This document shows, one piece after another, positions 11,450-23,745 of a stretch of DNA of 64,000 bases. Numbering within the stretch: the stretch's first letter is position 1; each line of letters opens with the position of its first letter. The DNA is from Octopus sinensis. Its lineage: Eukaryota. The stretch lies in contig NC_043010.1 in assembly GCF_006345805.1 (NCBI RefSeq), forward strand, positions 37,014,001 to 37,078,000, in the 5' to 3' direction. A program made the translations under genes and the position numbers. The notes beneath the pieces are model-generated. The model searched no databases and was not told the DNA's origin. It saw only the letters and a program-made list of their open reading frames with translations.

Positions 11450-11620
11450 TGTACCACATACAAAGCACCCAGTGCACTCTGAAAGTTGTTGGCATGAGAA
11501 AGAGCATCCAGCTGTAGAAACCATTCCAAAACAGATGACTGGAGTCTGGTGCACTAGGCCAGCTGAACCATGCCAGCATAAAAACAGGTGTTAAATGATG
11601 ATAATGAGGATGGTGGTGAT
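11450..11620 (+). mobile_element. SINE-like family C
   Basis: aagcacccagtgcactctg...gcatccagctgtagaaacc...ttaaatgatgat. Confidence 0.75.
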
Positions 11621-11959
11621 ATATCCATGAAGAACATCTTCAAGAACTTTCCTGTCTTGTGATATCTGCCTATATATCAGTTCAACATTAATTCTAAAAT
11701 TCTCTTATTTAAAAATTTATTCGGATAGCAAAAATGTTTTCAATCTAGCACAAGTTCTGAGAAGCAAGTTCCTTTTTGTTGTTAAATTTCAGGAAACTGA
11801 TTTTTTTGTCTACCCACCCCCCTTTTTTTTATTTGAGAAGGCCACAGGGTTTTAATAATTTCAAGCAGTGCACAGCAATCATTGATAGTGGATATCAATG
11901 ATCTGTAGGTCAGACAGTTGCTAGACATCATGTCTGACTTGAAGAGGAATAAAATTATT

Positions 11960-12248
11960 TCTTCTAACTGTTCCGTAACCGTATTTCTAACAAAATACAC
12001 TGTTTATTGTGTTTCAATTTAATTATAAAAATATTCAAGAATTTAGATGCATTTAGTAAAATGAACCAGCTTTTACGCTTACATTGAATTTCCATATTAA
12101 GCTTAATGTTCAGGACATGACAAAGAGATTTCTTCATAAAATTATGATGGATGGTTTTAATTTATGAACACTTTAAAACAAGTAGTTTCGCATCATAGAA
12201 TTGGAGGTAGTGTCAAGATGTCAAGCGGGTTGGTATCAAAAAGGTTAA
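11960..12248. mobile_element. piggyBac-like MITE (second family), decayed
   Basis: Ends ...ttggtatcaaaaggttaa; similar to the reverse complement of the 50997-51568 arms. Confidence 0.6.
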
Positions 12249-12872
12249 AAGTGTGAGAGCAACATAGTGTTCTGAATTGATCTATTGTGTCCTCTTCTCT
12301 GCATTTTCTTTCAAAGCCATTTGTTCTCTGTTTAAACCACCTCCATCATCTTAGTCTGGAATGATTTGTAATAAATTTTATTTCTGCAGTCTTCAGTCTT
12401 GAGTTTTCGTGAATAGATTGTTAGGAGTTTACAGAAACATATAAATATGCAGAGTTCAAGCAAATAGTTTGGGGTTGCTGTACTAAGATTGATTCTGTTG
12501 ACTCTGTACTTCTCGAACAAATATGTGAATGGTTTCAATAATGTCTTGGACTATTTCATTATGTCCCTTTGTATTTTAAATCAGAATCCTGCACATTTGA
12601 ATTTAGAATACAGATTTAGTTTCTTTCTTTTTTTCCTTCCAAGTGTAACCTATTAGTGCCTTCAAATACCACATTTTACTTTGACTCTACACCTTACCTC
12701 CAAAATTTATAGTCTTGTTATTTTGATGAAGAACCAAAATAACAAGAATGTTATAGATGAGATTTTTGGTGAAGAATATTCTACTTTACTTATCATCCTG
12801 TGCCTTCTTTCTCTCGCATTCACACATGCACACAATACACACATACACAGTGTACATAATATAGAATACAAA

Positions 12873-13104
12873 GGCGGCAAGCTGGCAGAAACGTTAGCAT
12901 GCCGGGTGAAATGCGTAGCCGTACTTTGTCATCTGCTACATTCTGAGTTCAAATTCCGCCGAGGTTGACTTTGCCTTTCATCCTTTCGGGGTCGATAAAT
13001 TAAGCACCAGTTATGCACTGGGGTCGATGTAATCGACTTAATCCGTTTGTCTGTCCTTGTTTGTCCTCTCTGTGTTTTGCCCTTTGTGGGTAGTAAAGAA
13101 ATAG
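12873..13104 (+). mobile_element. SINE family B1, young copy with TSD
   Basis: A box-like TGGCAGAAACG, B box GAGTTCAAATTC. Perfect 17-bp direct repeat ATAATATAGAATACAAA at 12856-12872 and 13105-13121. Confidence 0.92.
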
Positions 13105-13404
13105 ATAATATAGAATACAAAAAAATATTATATAAATTTAATTCATTGTCATTCAGATATAGATCTGCATCAAATAATGAAATCCTAAATGTTTCAATAA
13201 TAAAAGGGGAAAAAAATAGTATAAACTAATTGATTTTATGCTGTAACGACTATGAACAGAAGTACACAGTGGTAGAAATGGTTAGAATGGAATGCTGTTT
13301 TTCAACTAGAAGAGTGTTTCTGCATTCAAAGGAGATAATGTACAAGACCATTGTATGTTTATGAATGCAATGTCTTTGTGGTTTATTGAGTTAAGAGGGA
13401 ATCG

Positions 13405-13602
13405 CCATCATCATCATTTAACATCTGTTGTCCATGCTGATAGGGTTTGGACAGTTTGATCAGAGCTGGTAAGCTGGGGAGCTGCACCAGACTCCAGTCT
13501 GATTTGGCATGATTTCTATAGCTGGATGCCCTTCCTAACACCAACCACTTCACAGAGTGTGTTGGGCACTTTTACATGTCACCACACTGGTGCTTTTACA
13601 TA
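13405..13602 (-). mobile_element. SINE-like family C
   Basis: catcatcatttaac...gctggatgcccttcctaacaccaaccact. Confidence 0.8.
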
Positions 13603-13689
13603 ATGGTGTGTGTGTGTGTGAGTGTATAGCTAGAACTCTGTGTCTATGTGATAAATCATTATGGTGTGTATGATACATAGTGTGTGTGC

Positions 13690-14995
13690 TTGTGTAGAGG
13701 CAGGTATGGTTATGAAGTACAGAGGAGCATGCTTATTCATTTATGGTGGGAAGTGTCAGGGACAAGGCTGTGTTACTAAAGGAAAACAAAGTAATTATGT
13801 ATTCCACTTGGGTGAGCTGTATGTAGATAAAGAATTGGTTGTTTTTTATGGTGCAAACCGGAGGTGGTTGATCCATGGTGTAAAATGACACCATAAACAG
13901 AGACATGCAAGTAGGTATGGCCAAAATAATTTAAATGATAAGAAACGGATTGAAGGAATATAATGTTATGGTGAATATCTAAAAAAAAAAAATGCTCTCT
14001 GAAATAGTCTGCCAAGCTTTAACCTGTTTCTTCAATATACAAGCCATAAAGTTTGATTTAATGCAATAAATAATGTTCTTAATAGTCCAGGTGAAATAGT
14101 TGGGAAAATGGAAAGAGAAGTTAGTCTGTATAAAGTGGTGATGTTTTGGCTGAAGGGTTAGGTGTTGTACTGGGAGTAAAATCTAGGAGTTGTGACAGTA
14201 GGAGAAAAAGGCTATAGAAGGACCAGAGCATGGAATTTGTGGTTACATGTGAAGGAAAGATAGGAGTATTTAGGGAAGATGTGGAATGTAATGAGTTAAA
14301 TTAGATGAGACAAAAGTGCCATTGGCCAGTGCATTGGGATAGTAAGGCAGCATGATAGATACAGAAAGAAATGGGTAGTTGGCATTAGGTTAGATATTAG
14401 GTATGAAGGTAGAGGTGTGATCAACAATGTGGGTGAGACAATAGGTATGATGGCAGGTGTTGCATCATCAGCAACTGGTTGGAGTTAACCACATTGTCTA
14501 AAACAGTGGATCATTTGATGCAGTCTAGTTAGAGTCATGGCTTATAGAGATAGCAGCAGCAAAGAGGAGAAGCAGTATGATTTAAGTGGGATGTGGTTAA
14601 ACTGAAGTTGGAGTGGGAGTCTCTGGGCTTATAAAAGACAAAGGTTGAGAGGTTGGGAAATTAACAGGAAATTAAGAGAGACAGTGTGTATAAAATCTAA
14701 GGTAAAGAACCGGAGTAAGTGAAGTGATACCAATACAGTAGTCACATTAACTCTATAGCCCATACTAGGGTGGGTCCAGTGAAAAGGGTAAAGATTTAGG
14801 GCTCAGCTTGGTGTAATTAGGGCCATGCTAGTTCCCAAGGAGAGGAGTTAGTCTGTACAATATGAAAGAAGGAGGGTGGTGTTAGAGAGACATAGTATTC
14901 ATAATGACAAAGCGGTAAGAAAGTTGGTGTTCTGGATGTGCTATGGAAGAGATACAGTCAACAGTGAGAAGAACTAATCCAAGCATTTTCAGATA
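13690..14995 (-). mobile_element. Decayed Penelope-like element (RT C-terminal half and GIY-YIG endonuclease)
   Basis: Broken minus-strand reading: LGTSM.PNYTKL (cf. AMGTRMGPSYANL), FTGPT, DYCIGITS, FYKPRDSHS, FTWTIKNIIYCI, LADYFREH...VSYHLNYFGHT...HPSGIHN. These occur in Penelope order, with many stops and frameshifts. Confidence 0.8.
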
Positions 14996-15016
14996 GTGCG
15001 TGTGTGTGTGTGTGGG

Positions 15017-15385
15017 TAATCATTTTAACATCTTCTTCACCATACTTACATGGGTTGGATGGAATTTGTTGAGGCAGGGTTTTCTATGGCCAGATGCCCT
15101 TCCATCCATTTGCCAATCTTCACCTTATTTCCCGAGAAGGTAATATTTCCCCATGACACCAGACATGTCCCAGTAGATTGAAAACAAAGGACACTACTTA
15201 CATGACAGTGACACTCACTTATAATTCACATACAATGTGAACATAAGGAGACAGTAATGCACACTCTGCACATATGATAGGCTTCTTTCAGTTTCCATCC
15301 ATCAAATCCAATTGCAATGCCTTGATCATCCCATGGCTATAGCAGAAAGCTCTTTGTCAAAGGTGGAACTGAACCAGAAACTTAT
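15017..15385 (-). mobile_element. SINE family A2
   Basis: Reverse complement of the 7325-7712 type. Confidence 0.75.
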
Positions 15386-15464
15386 TAATTTTGTTATGTT
15401 TATGTATATAGGTGTGCATGTGTATATGTGTATGTATGCGAATATATGTATTTTCTTTGTTTTG

Positions 15465-15715
15465 CAAGGTACTTGGTGACCCTGTTGGTGATGGTGCCAC
15501 ATAAAGAGAACCAATGCTGGTGCCACATTGAAGGTATTGATGCTGGTGCCACGTAAAAAAGCATCCAGTACTCTCTGTAAAGTGGTTGGTGTTAGGAAGG
15601 GCATCCAGCTGTAGAAACCATGCCAAAACAATGGAGCTTGATATGGATCTCGGCCTTGCCAGCTCCTATCAAACCAACCAACCCATACTAGCATGGAAGA
15701 CATGTTAAATGATGC
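15465..15715 (+). mobile_element. SINE-like family C with three 5' gctggtgccac units
   Basis: Repeated (g)ctggtgccac units followed by the C body and ttaaatgatg. Confidence 0.8.
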
Positions 15716-15822
15716 TGTGTATATGTAAATGTATATATGTGTGTATATGTATATATGTGTGTGTGTGTGTATGCATTTGAGCATGTTGTATATGCATATA
15801 TGTTGTATATATTATATATACA

Positions 15823-15853
<31 letters not shown>

Positions 15854-17037
15854 AAAGAGAAAGAGAGATAGGACAAATAAATAAATAATAAAAGTAAGAA
15901 CCAAACGCCAACAAAGTGCAAAGCACCATAACAAAATAGAAAATTAGCTGTCATATGAAGCAATCATTTGTAAAACTAACAGAGAGATTGCTAGTTGCCA
16001 AGGAGGTTCTGGAGATGAGGTTTTTCTCAAATATGAAATGTAATTTGATCAATAGTCTTTTGAAATGGATATTTCTTTCCATAGATGTTGTTCTTCTATT
16101 CCTCTTATCTCCTTTATACCTTGTGACTCTCCTTCTCTCTCTCTCTCTCTCACTCTCTCTCTCTTATGACTTTTTCTTCTTCTTCTACCCCACCTCCCAC
16201 CCTTCTTCCTTTTTCTCTTTTTTTTTAATGTCTTTGTTTCTCTGTTATCTTTCTCTTGTTATTGTCTTGTTGTTGTTGTTGTTGCTGATTTCTCATTGTG
16301 CACACTTAATAATATGTTGGTTAGGTGAGATGAGAACAGAAGTAAATACTGAATGATGGTGGTGGCAGTGGTGGTAGTAATATTAGTAGTAATGGTGGTG
16401 GTGGTGGTGTTTCATAGTTGAAGTACTACTGCAAGCTTGGTAAATATCTTTTTGTTCAGTAATGAGCTAGCTAGTGATATCCATTTAGTTACCCTGAAGC
16501 AATCTTTTAAAGCTTTGCAGAAACTGTCATCTGCTTTCATGTTTTTGTTTTTGTCATTGTTTTTGTTTCGTTTTCATTTCGTTTTTTTTTTTTTTTATAA
16601 AAAAAAAGGAAGCTTTTGTTTGAAGTCATTTACTTTGATACTCTATCCATCTTTGGTTTCAATCACCTGGAACTAAGTAACCCCCTCGACCTAAGCCACA
16701 AATAAAAGACAGGAATCTAGCTGCCACACTCCACCTACTTGGAAGGAAAGAACTTAATGGATGATATGGTTCTGGATGTATTATGCTTTGACAAAAGAAG
16801 GGATGGCCATGGCTGGAATACCTTTGATCATAAGGTTTCCTCTCATGTCAGCAATGGATCTCAAAACAACTGTGTGATTGTGAGTGTGTGTGTGCAAAAT
16901 CTTAAGTGCAAGACCTAGGTGGAGGAAACAGTATTTGACATGGAAAATAATCTAACATATAAAATTTGATTGAAACTAAATATCTTTATGGACCCAAGCT
17001 TGTGAAGTTTTCCAACTTTAATAAAATTGTATATATA

Positions 17038-17622
17038 CAGAGTGTGTCCCAAAAGTCACTGATAGGTTTCAATTTTTAATAACTTCCTTAACTCTACAAA
17101 TAAATGCATGAAATTTTGATACAATATAAAGGACATAATAAAAATTAATATGCAAAAGGGATTAGAACAAAATGACATCGCTTAAATGGCAGCCATTTTC
17201 GACTTTGCCCGTGATGTTTCCATAACCTGCACCATCACACTCTCAAGGGTTTCAAACCCCACTTCTCTGATTTTTCTCTTGATGTCCTCCTTCAGTTGCA
17301 CTAGGGTCTCCTGTTTGTTGACGTAAACCCTCTCTTTCAAGTATCCCTACAAGAAAAATTTCCAGCTAGTCAAGACTGGGGAATGTGAAGGCCATTCAAA
17401 GTAGACCTCACACATGGTTCGAGCAAGATGGGGTAACTGCTCATACCACAAAAGAAACAATGCAGTTGCTACAGCGGTGCTTTGGGTGTTGCAAAATATT
17501 TGATTTGTGCATATTCATTTTTATTATGTCCTTTATGTTGTATCAAAATTTCATGCATTTATTTGTAAGGTTAAAGAAGTTATTAAAAATTGAAACCCAT
17601 CAGTGACTTTTGGGACACCCTG
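17038..17622 (-). mobile_element. Internally deleted and rearranged Tc1/mariner element, rosa (DD41D)-like
   Basis: About 120-bp TIRs (CAG.GTGTCCCAAAAGTCACTGAT) with TA on both sides. Minus strand reads FEWPSHSPVLTSWKFFL*GYLKERVYVNK; plus strand reads WFEQDGVTAHTTKETMQLL. Confidence 0.88.
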
Positions 17623-17939
17623 TACATATAATAATGAGGTCAAAGCAAATAATGGTATTTTGAAAACATTTAATACTTACTTTTTCTGATCATTACATAA
17701 TAGGAAATACATCCTTTACGTAAGACCTTCCTCAGTTAATACATTTCAAAAATATGTGGTTTGATGTCATTGTTAGAATTTATGCATGCAACTTGATGCC
17801 AGTACGGACTAGCATGTCCTGACTCTGTTTACATGAATACTTTAACAAGGATTTGGAGTAGTCTGTTCTATTTGACTTCAGTCCAAAATTCTGGTAGTCT
17901 GCATTACTTCTAAGTGTAACATGAAATGTCTGAGTGGAT

Positions 17940-18262
17940 GTGCATGCATGAACATGTGGTTAAGAAGCTTGCTTCCCAGCCATGTGGTTTCAAGTTCATT
18001 CTTGGATAAGAGTTTTCTACTATACCTCCAGTCTCACCAAAGCCATGTGGGAGGGTTTGGGAAATGGAAACTGAAAGAAGCCTGGGGAGGGGGGCCAGTC
18101 GATTAGATTGACCCCAGTACGCAACTGGTACTTAATTTATCGACTCTGAAAGGATGAAAGGCAATGTCGACCGCGGCAGAATTTGAACTCAGAACATAAA
18201 GACATGAAATGCTGCTGAGCATTTCACCTGGCATGCTAATGTTTCTACCAGCTCGCCGCCTT
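17940..18262. mobile_element. SINE A head (+) abutting SINE B (-)
   Basis: A head runs to ...gaaagaagcc at about 18082, then the reverse complement of family B ends at ccagctcgccgcctt. Confidence 0.75.
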
Positions 18263-18829
18263 TGTTACCTACAGATATTCATTTATAAATGCTCTAGCTA
18301 AGTATCAGTTGTACCAGAACTCGACTGTGTCAAAGATCCTGTGAAGATCATGGACATTGCACCTTAATCCTGACAAGGACATACACAAAACGGTTTACAA
18401 AATCATTTCTTATATAGGCACAAGCCAGTTCCTGAATTGGAGGGATGTAACCAGTTGAATTACTGGTATGAAGCCATGTGGGATTTCCACTCAGAGATTA
18501 ATACTCTATGACTTTTCGTTGTTTGACAGTTTCTTCCTTGCCAACTTGGTATTTCTTTTCCCCCTCAAATGTTTGTGTTGGGGAATTTAATGATATGAGT
18601 ATTTAGATGTATGAGTGAAGAATGTATAAATATTTACTAACAAAACTATTCTGAGAAGATGTGAAGTTAGCCATTTAAACAAGGATGTTTTTTTTTTATT
18701 ATCATCATTTTTATTCACTTAACTTCCTCTGATTTATCTATGTCTGTCATGTCTTAGCTCCACCCCACAGTTTAGAAATGCAACACTCTCCTTCCTCAAC
18801 ACATGAGCTGTTCAAAGTATTGTTGCCAT

Positions 18830-18960
18830 CTGAATACTTCCTAAGAAGTTTGGTATTTTCAGCTTTTGGTGCCAGAATATTACTCTCTTTGAGATGGTCT
18901 CAGTTGCACTGATCACAATAGGTATCACACTCACTTTTTAGGCTCAATAATTTTTTTCAC
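18830..18960 (-). mobile_element. Possible R4/Dong-like (RLE) LINE 3' remnant
   Basis: Minus strand KVSVIPIVISATETISK resembles the VVPIVIGALGTIPK C-terminal motif; very decayed. Confidence 0.35.
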
Positions 18961-19197
18961 TTCATCATCATCATCATCATCATTATTGAGTGAGAGACAT
19001 GATCAGCTGGTTAAGATCAAACAACTGACAAGCAAATCTGTGGTATTGAGCAGAATATTTGCTGTAGCCCATCTTTTATACCAAGACAAAACAATGTACA
19101 TGATAACACTTTCAATCAGTTAAGCTCAGAAGCCATGAGAGACACTGCTTGGTACTGCATCAGGGCATTATTATTATCATTATCATTATTATTATTA

Positions 19198-19620
19198 TTA
19201 TGGCGGTGAACTGGCAGAGTCAATAGCACACTGGATGAAATGCTTAGCAGTATTTCACCCGTTGGTATGTTCTGAATTCAGATTACGCAGTGGTCAACTT
19301 CAACTTTCATTCTTTAGGGGTAGATAAAGCAAGTACCAGTGAAAACACTGAGATCAGTTTAATCAACTTAACCCCTCCCCAAAAATTTCAGGCCTTTACT
19401 AGGAAGGATTATTATTGAGGCAGTGAAGTAGCAGGATCTTTAGCATGTTGGACAAAATGCTTAGCAGCCTGACTTCCATCTTTATATTCTGAGTTCAAAT
19501 ACTACCAAGATCAGCTTTGTCTTTCATCCTTTCAGGGTTTATAAAGACAAGTGCTGGGGGAGGGGGGTCCTTCCCCTAAAATGACTGGACTTATGCCAAA
19601 ATTTGAAACAATTATTATTA
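19198..19620 (+). mobile_element. Two tandem SINE B2 copies with (ATT)n spacers
   Basis: B heads at about 19201 and 19418, each ending in an (att)n tail. Confidence 0.8.
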
Positions 19621-20858
19621 ACGTTATTAGGCTTAACCCATATATGCCCATAAAGAATTTCGCTGTATTTAGATTAAAAGTTATGGTAAGCTTTCACAAT
19701 CTAGAAGAGAAGGACGGTATGCAACCGTTAGCTACGGGTGTCTACTACCTACTAAGCATTTCGTATGCTCAGTCAAATGCTTCCTGGCAAGTTCATATCC
19801 AAACAAGTAGGAGCAAGTTTTGCATTGCAAAAACACAACCAAATGTTTACTTGGGTTAAATACTACTTTCAACAGACACTTGTTACGGATCTCAGCTAAG
19901 AAATGAATTTCTCTCAGATTACCTAAAAGAAAAAAAGCTTTTTGTTTCACTTTGAATTATTAACAAAAGGATTTTGAAAAATTTCAGAGTTTTTAAAGGT
20001 CATATATGTACACATTGTTTTTCTGTTGTTTTTTTTGTTTTTTTCTTTCTCGTACAGTAGTAAGCCTTTGGCAAGTTGACTCTACATCATAGATTCAATT
20101 TCTGGCTTTGACAGCTATGCCTATGAGTTTAATTTCAGTTTGCTACTATCTGGCTGCAATTTTTATTTCTTTTGTGTACCACCTTAAGCAAGTGCTTTTT
20201 GCTGTAGCTTCAGGTTTTGAAATGCACTGTGAATGAAATATGGCTAATGGTAACCATGTGGAATTTTGTGTGTGTTTAATATATATGTAGTAAATACAGG
20301 CGTGGACTCGAGGTTATGAAATTTGCTGTGCAACCGTGTGGTTTTGTGTTTGGCCTCCTTGCATGGCGCCTTCAGCAAATGTCTTCAACTGTGGTCATGG
20401 ACCAGCCAGTGCTTTGTACAGAAACTGTACAACAACCCTGTGTGTGTGTGTGTGTGTGTTGATTCAGTTCACTTACTGCTTGCACTGGCATCAGTTGTAA
20501 ATATTTAATAACTGTCTGAGCAAAATATGATGATATTGTTTAGATTCTCTTGTAAACAAATGTCCCATGTTGGGTTCCAGTAAAATGAAAATATCTTGCT
20601 TGTAAAACCTGTTGGGAAGGGTGGTTTGCAACTGAAAAAGTACCTGCTTGAAATTTCACCTAGCCCATAAAAAAAAAATGCAGCATGATGCAGTTGGGTC
20701 ATTTATGTAATGTAATTATTTTTTATATAAGCACAAGACCAAAACTTTTGTGGGGGAAGAACTTTCCATTATATTGACCACAGTACTTGAGCTTTATTTT
20801 ATCAATCCCAGAAGGATGAAGAGTGAAGTGCATTATAGCAAGATTTAAGCCCTCTAAA

Positions 20859-21062
20859 TCATCATCATCATCGTTTAACGTCCGCTTTCCATACTAGCAT
20901 GGGTTGGACGATTTTGACTGAGGGCTGGCGAACCAGATGGCTGCACCATCTTGATCTGGCAGAGTTTCTACAGCTGGATGCCCTTCCTAACGTCAACCAC
21001 TCCGAGAGTGTAGTGGGTGCTTTTTACGTGCCACTGGCACGGGGGCCAGTCAGGCGGTACTG
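20859..21062 (-). mobile_element. SINE-like family C, CpG-retaining (young) copy
   Basis: catcatcatcgtttaacgtccgctttccat...ctggatgcccttcctaacg. Confidence 0.85.
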
Positions 21063-21791
21063 TCAACCATTGTCAACCATCCTTGTACAGACACAGAATG
21101 TTTCCTTACTAACCTATTGAATGGTGTGATCCTGTCAGGGTAAATCTGAGTTAACTCAACCAGATGCTGTAACTTACTTTTATTTTTGTTCTCTGTCTCT
21201 TGCTTTCTTTTTTCTCCTCATTAAAAAAAAAGAATAATAAAATAAAGATATAAAGCATTAATGATTATATGTGGTGTCCTCTTGCAGACAGTATAAGGGA
21301 GACAATCATTTCTTAATAATATTTGGTGGGAATAGAAGTTTGAATTTGAAATATAATATTGCTTTGCTTGGATTAAAATATAACATTATTTTGTTTTTAT
21401 TTTCTGCCAAACTTACTGCTATCAGCTCTCTCTCCTCCTTGGATTTCATTCATTTTCACATCACATTATTGTCGTTCAGAATATAACTAAATGCTTCAAA
21501 AATGTTTTTTTGTATATGTCTTGGTTTTATTCAGAGAATTTTCATTTTTTATTTAATTAATCAAAATTCCTTAACATATATGGTGTTGGTTCAAATACAA
21601 ACAGAAAAAGAAGGAAGCAATCAATCTTAATCTAATATTTTTTTAACCATCTTAAAAAAAAATATCCTTGCTTCTTTCTTATTTTCACTCTAATGTTTAT
21701 TTTCCAATATATATTTTTTTTTGTTTTACCCCTTATATTTTATTTTATTTTTTCAATTTTTTAAAAATGTTTCTTTTTCTTTTTCTTTTAG

Positions 21792-21817
21792 GTATGTAAT
21801 CGGAATTCTTCAACCAT
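21792..21817 (+). other. Candidate 26-nt microexon or recursive-splice exon
   Basis: About 100-nt U-rich tract, TTTAG acceptor (AG 21790-21791). The exon begins GTATGT; donor GTAAGC at 21818. Confidence 0.5.
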
Positions 21818-22139
21818 GTAAGCTTTCATTTGGAAACCTTCCAAAATTTTGCTTAACACTTGTGGTGGTTTGAGTTCTATATCTTGTTACTGCTGTCTGT
21901 GTTTGTCAGTTGGTATGTAGTCTTATTTAAAAAAAAAAATTTCCTTTATATTTTTTTCATTCTTCTTTGGAGGAAGAAAAGGAATTAACTCTTTACACTT
22001 TGTGATTGACTGAGTTGGTCAAACACTGACTGAAGAATTATGAGTTTTCTGTCTTGTCTGCACTATGCATGCACACAAGTGCACACACACACACACACAC
22101 ACTGTGGTTACATATATCATCATCATCATTATTATCATC

Positions 22140-22390
22140 ATCATCATCATTTTTTTTTAATATCTCCTTTTCCATGTTTGCATGGGTTGAATGGAGTTTT
22201 GTCGAGGTTGAATTTTCTACATATGGATGCCTTTCCTGTTACCAACCCTCGCCTATTTCTAAGTAAGGTAATATTTCCCCATAACCAGATGTGTTTTCAT
22301 GAAAGATGAACAAAGGACTCTTGCTTGCAAAACAGTAACATTTGTTTTTTGCTGTCACATGATGTAAAGGCAAGGAGACCGTAATCACAT

Positions 22391-22421
<31 letters not shown>

Positions 22422-22435
22422 CATATATACATACA

Positions 22436-22498
<63 letters not shown>

Positions 22499-22530
22499 TG
22501 AATTCATTTACAAGGCATTAGTCAGACACT
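22140..22530 (-). mobile_element. SINE family A2 (head truncated)
   Basis: ccatgtttgcatgggttgaatgg...ggatgcctttcctgttaccaacc, then (CA)n(TA)n. Confidence 0.75.
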
Positions 22531-23074
22531 CATCCAAACACTTTTTTCAGTCTCCATTGTTATTATTTTTACCATTGTCGTCAGTTTTATTTTCATTTTT
22601 ATTGTCTGTATTTCGGTCTTCATCTTCATTATCTTCATCCTTCTCTTTCTTCTACATTCCTATGAACCTCACATTACCTCGATAAGGAAAGCCATCATCG
22701 CCGTCTTTAAACCGCTCCGATGTCACAATACAGATTGTACGTATGTACATGTACGCAACCCCACTCCCTCTGCCCCGAAAGATAAAATAACTAACAAATA
22801 AACAAGCAAAAAAACAGGACTGGCATTTTTGTATTCTAGTCTCACACAATATAAACCCATCCATACATACAATAGTGTAAGATTTTCGTATAGAAATAAA
22901 TATGAACAATATCTCACCAATATCAAATTTATATGTCTTCGTACTTTATCAATTCAATTACATTTATTTATTGTTTTTGCTTGTTGGTTTTTGTTTTTAT
23001 TCCTTTCTTTTTCCTTCCAAGTCATTTTATTTTTTACTGTTGTTGCAGCAAGCTTATATTTTTTATAGATATAA

Positions 23075-23117
<43 letters not shown>

Positions 23118-23457
23118 TACATATATATATACATACACACACACACACTTACATATATATATACACATACACACACACCACACACACATATATATATATA
23201 TTATTAATATTATTGTTGTTGTTATTTTTCTGGAGTGGTTTGTCACAAAAGAACGAAGAGAAATGTGTTGAATTCAAGTCTTTTTCTGTTTTCACTATTT
23301 AGTTTTATGTTTCCGGTTCTCTGTTAGAAATCATTTAAGTACTGATGTGTTACTTGCCAGAATTAGCAAAGATTCTTTTGGTTGTTGTGTATGTTTGTGG
23401 TTTATAGTTTGGTTGTCTACATTTATCCTCAATTCGTGATAATTCTTCAATCAATCA

Positions 23458-23540
23458 ATATATATATATGTGTGTGTGTGTGTATATGTATATATATATG
23501 TGTGTGTGTATGTATATATATGTGTATATATGTATATGTG

Positions 23541-23593
<53 letters not shown>

Positions 23594-23624
23594 ATATATG
23601 TGTGTGTGTGTGTGTATATATGTG

Positions 23625-23661
<37 letters not shown>

Positions 23662-23745
23662 ATATATGTGTGTGTGTGTGTGTATATATGTGTGTGTGTG
23701 TGTATATATGTGCATATATGTGTGTGTGTGTATATATATATATAC
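23458..23745. repeat. Compound (TG)n/(TA)n microsatellite
   Basis: Direct reading; source of six spurious ORFs. Confidence 0.97.

Noticed and set aside
19915-19945. Minus-strand TTTTAG|GTAATC recursive-site-like motif
   Set aside because: Short tract and opposite to the other exon candidates; kept only as a reminder of the background rate.
20030-20066. TACAG-TA-GTAAGC as a 2-nt microexon
   Set aside because: Cannot be told from chance without reads; such motifs are common in T-rich DNA.
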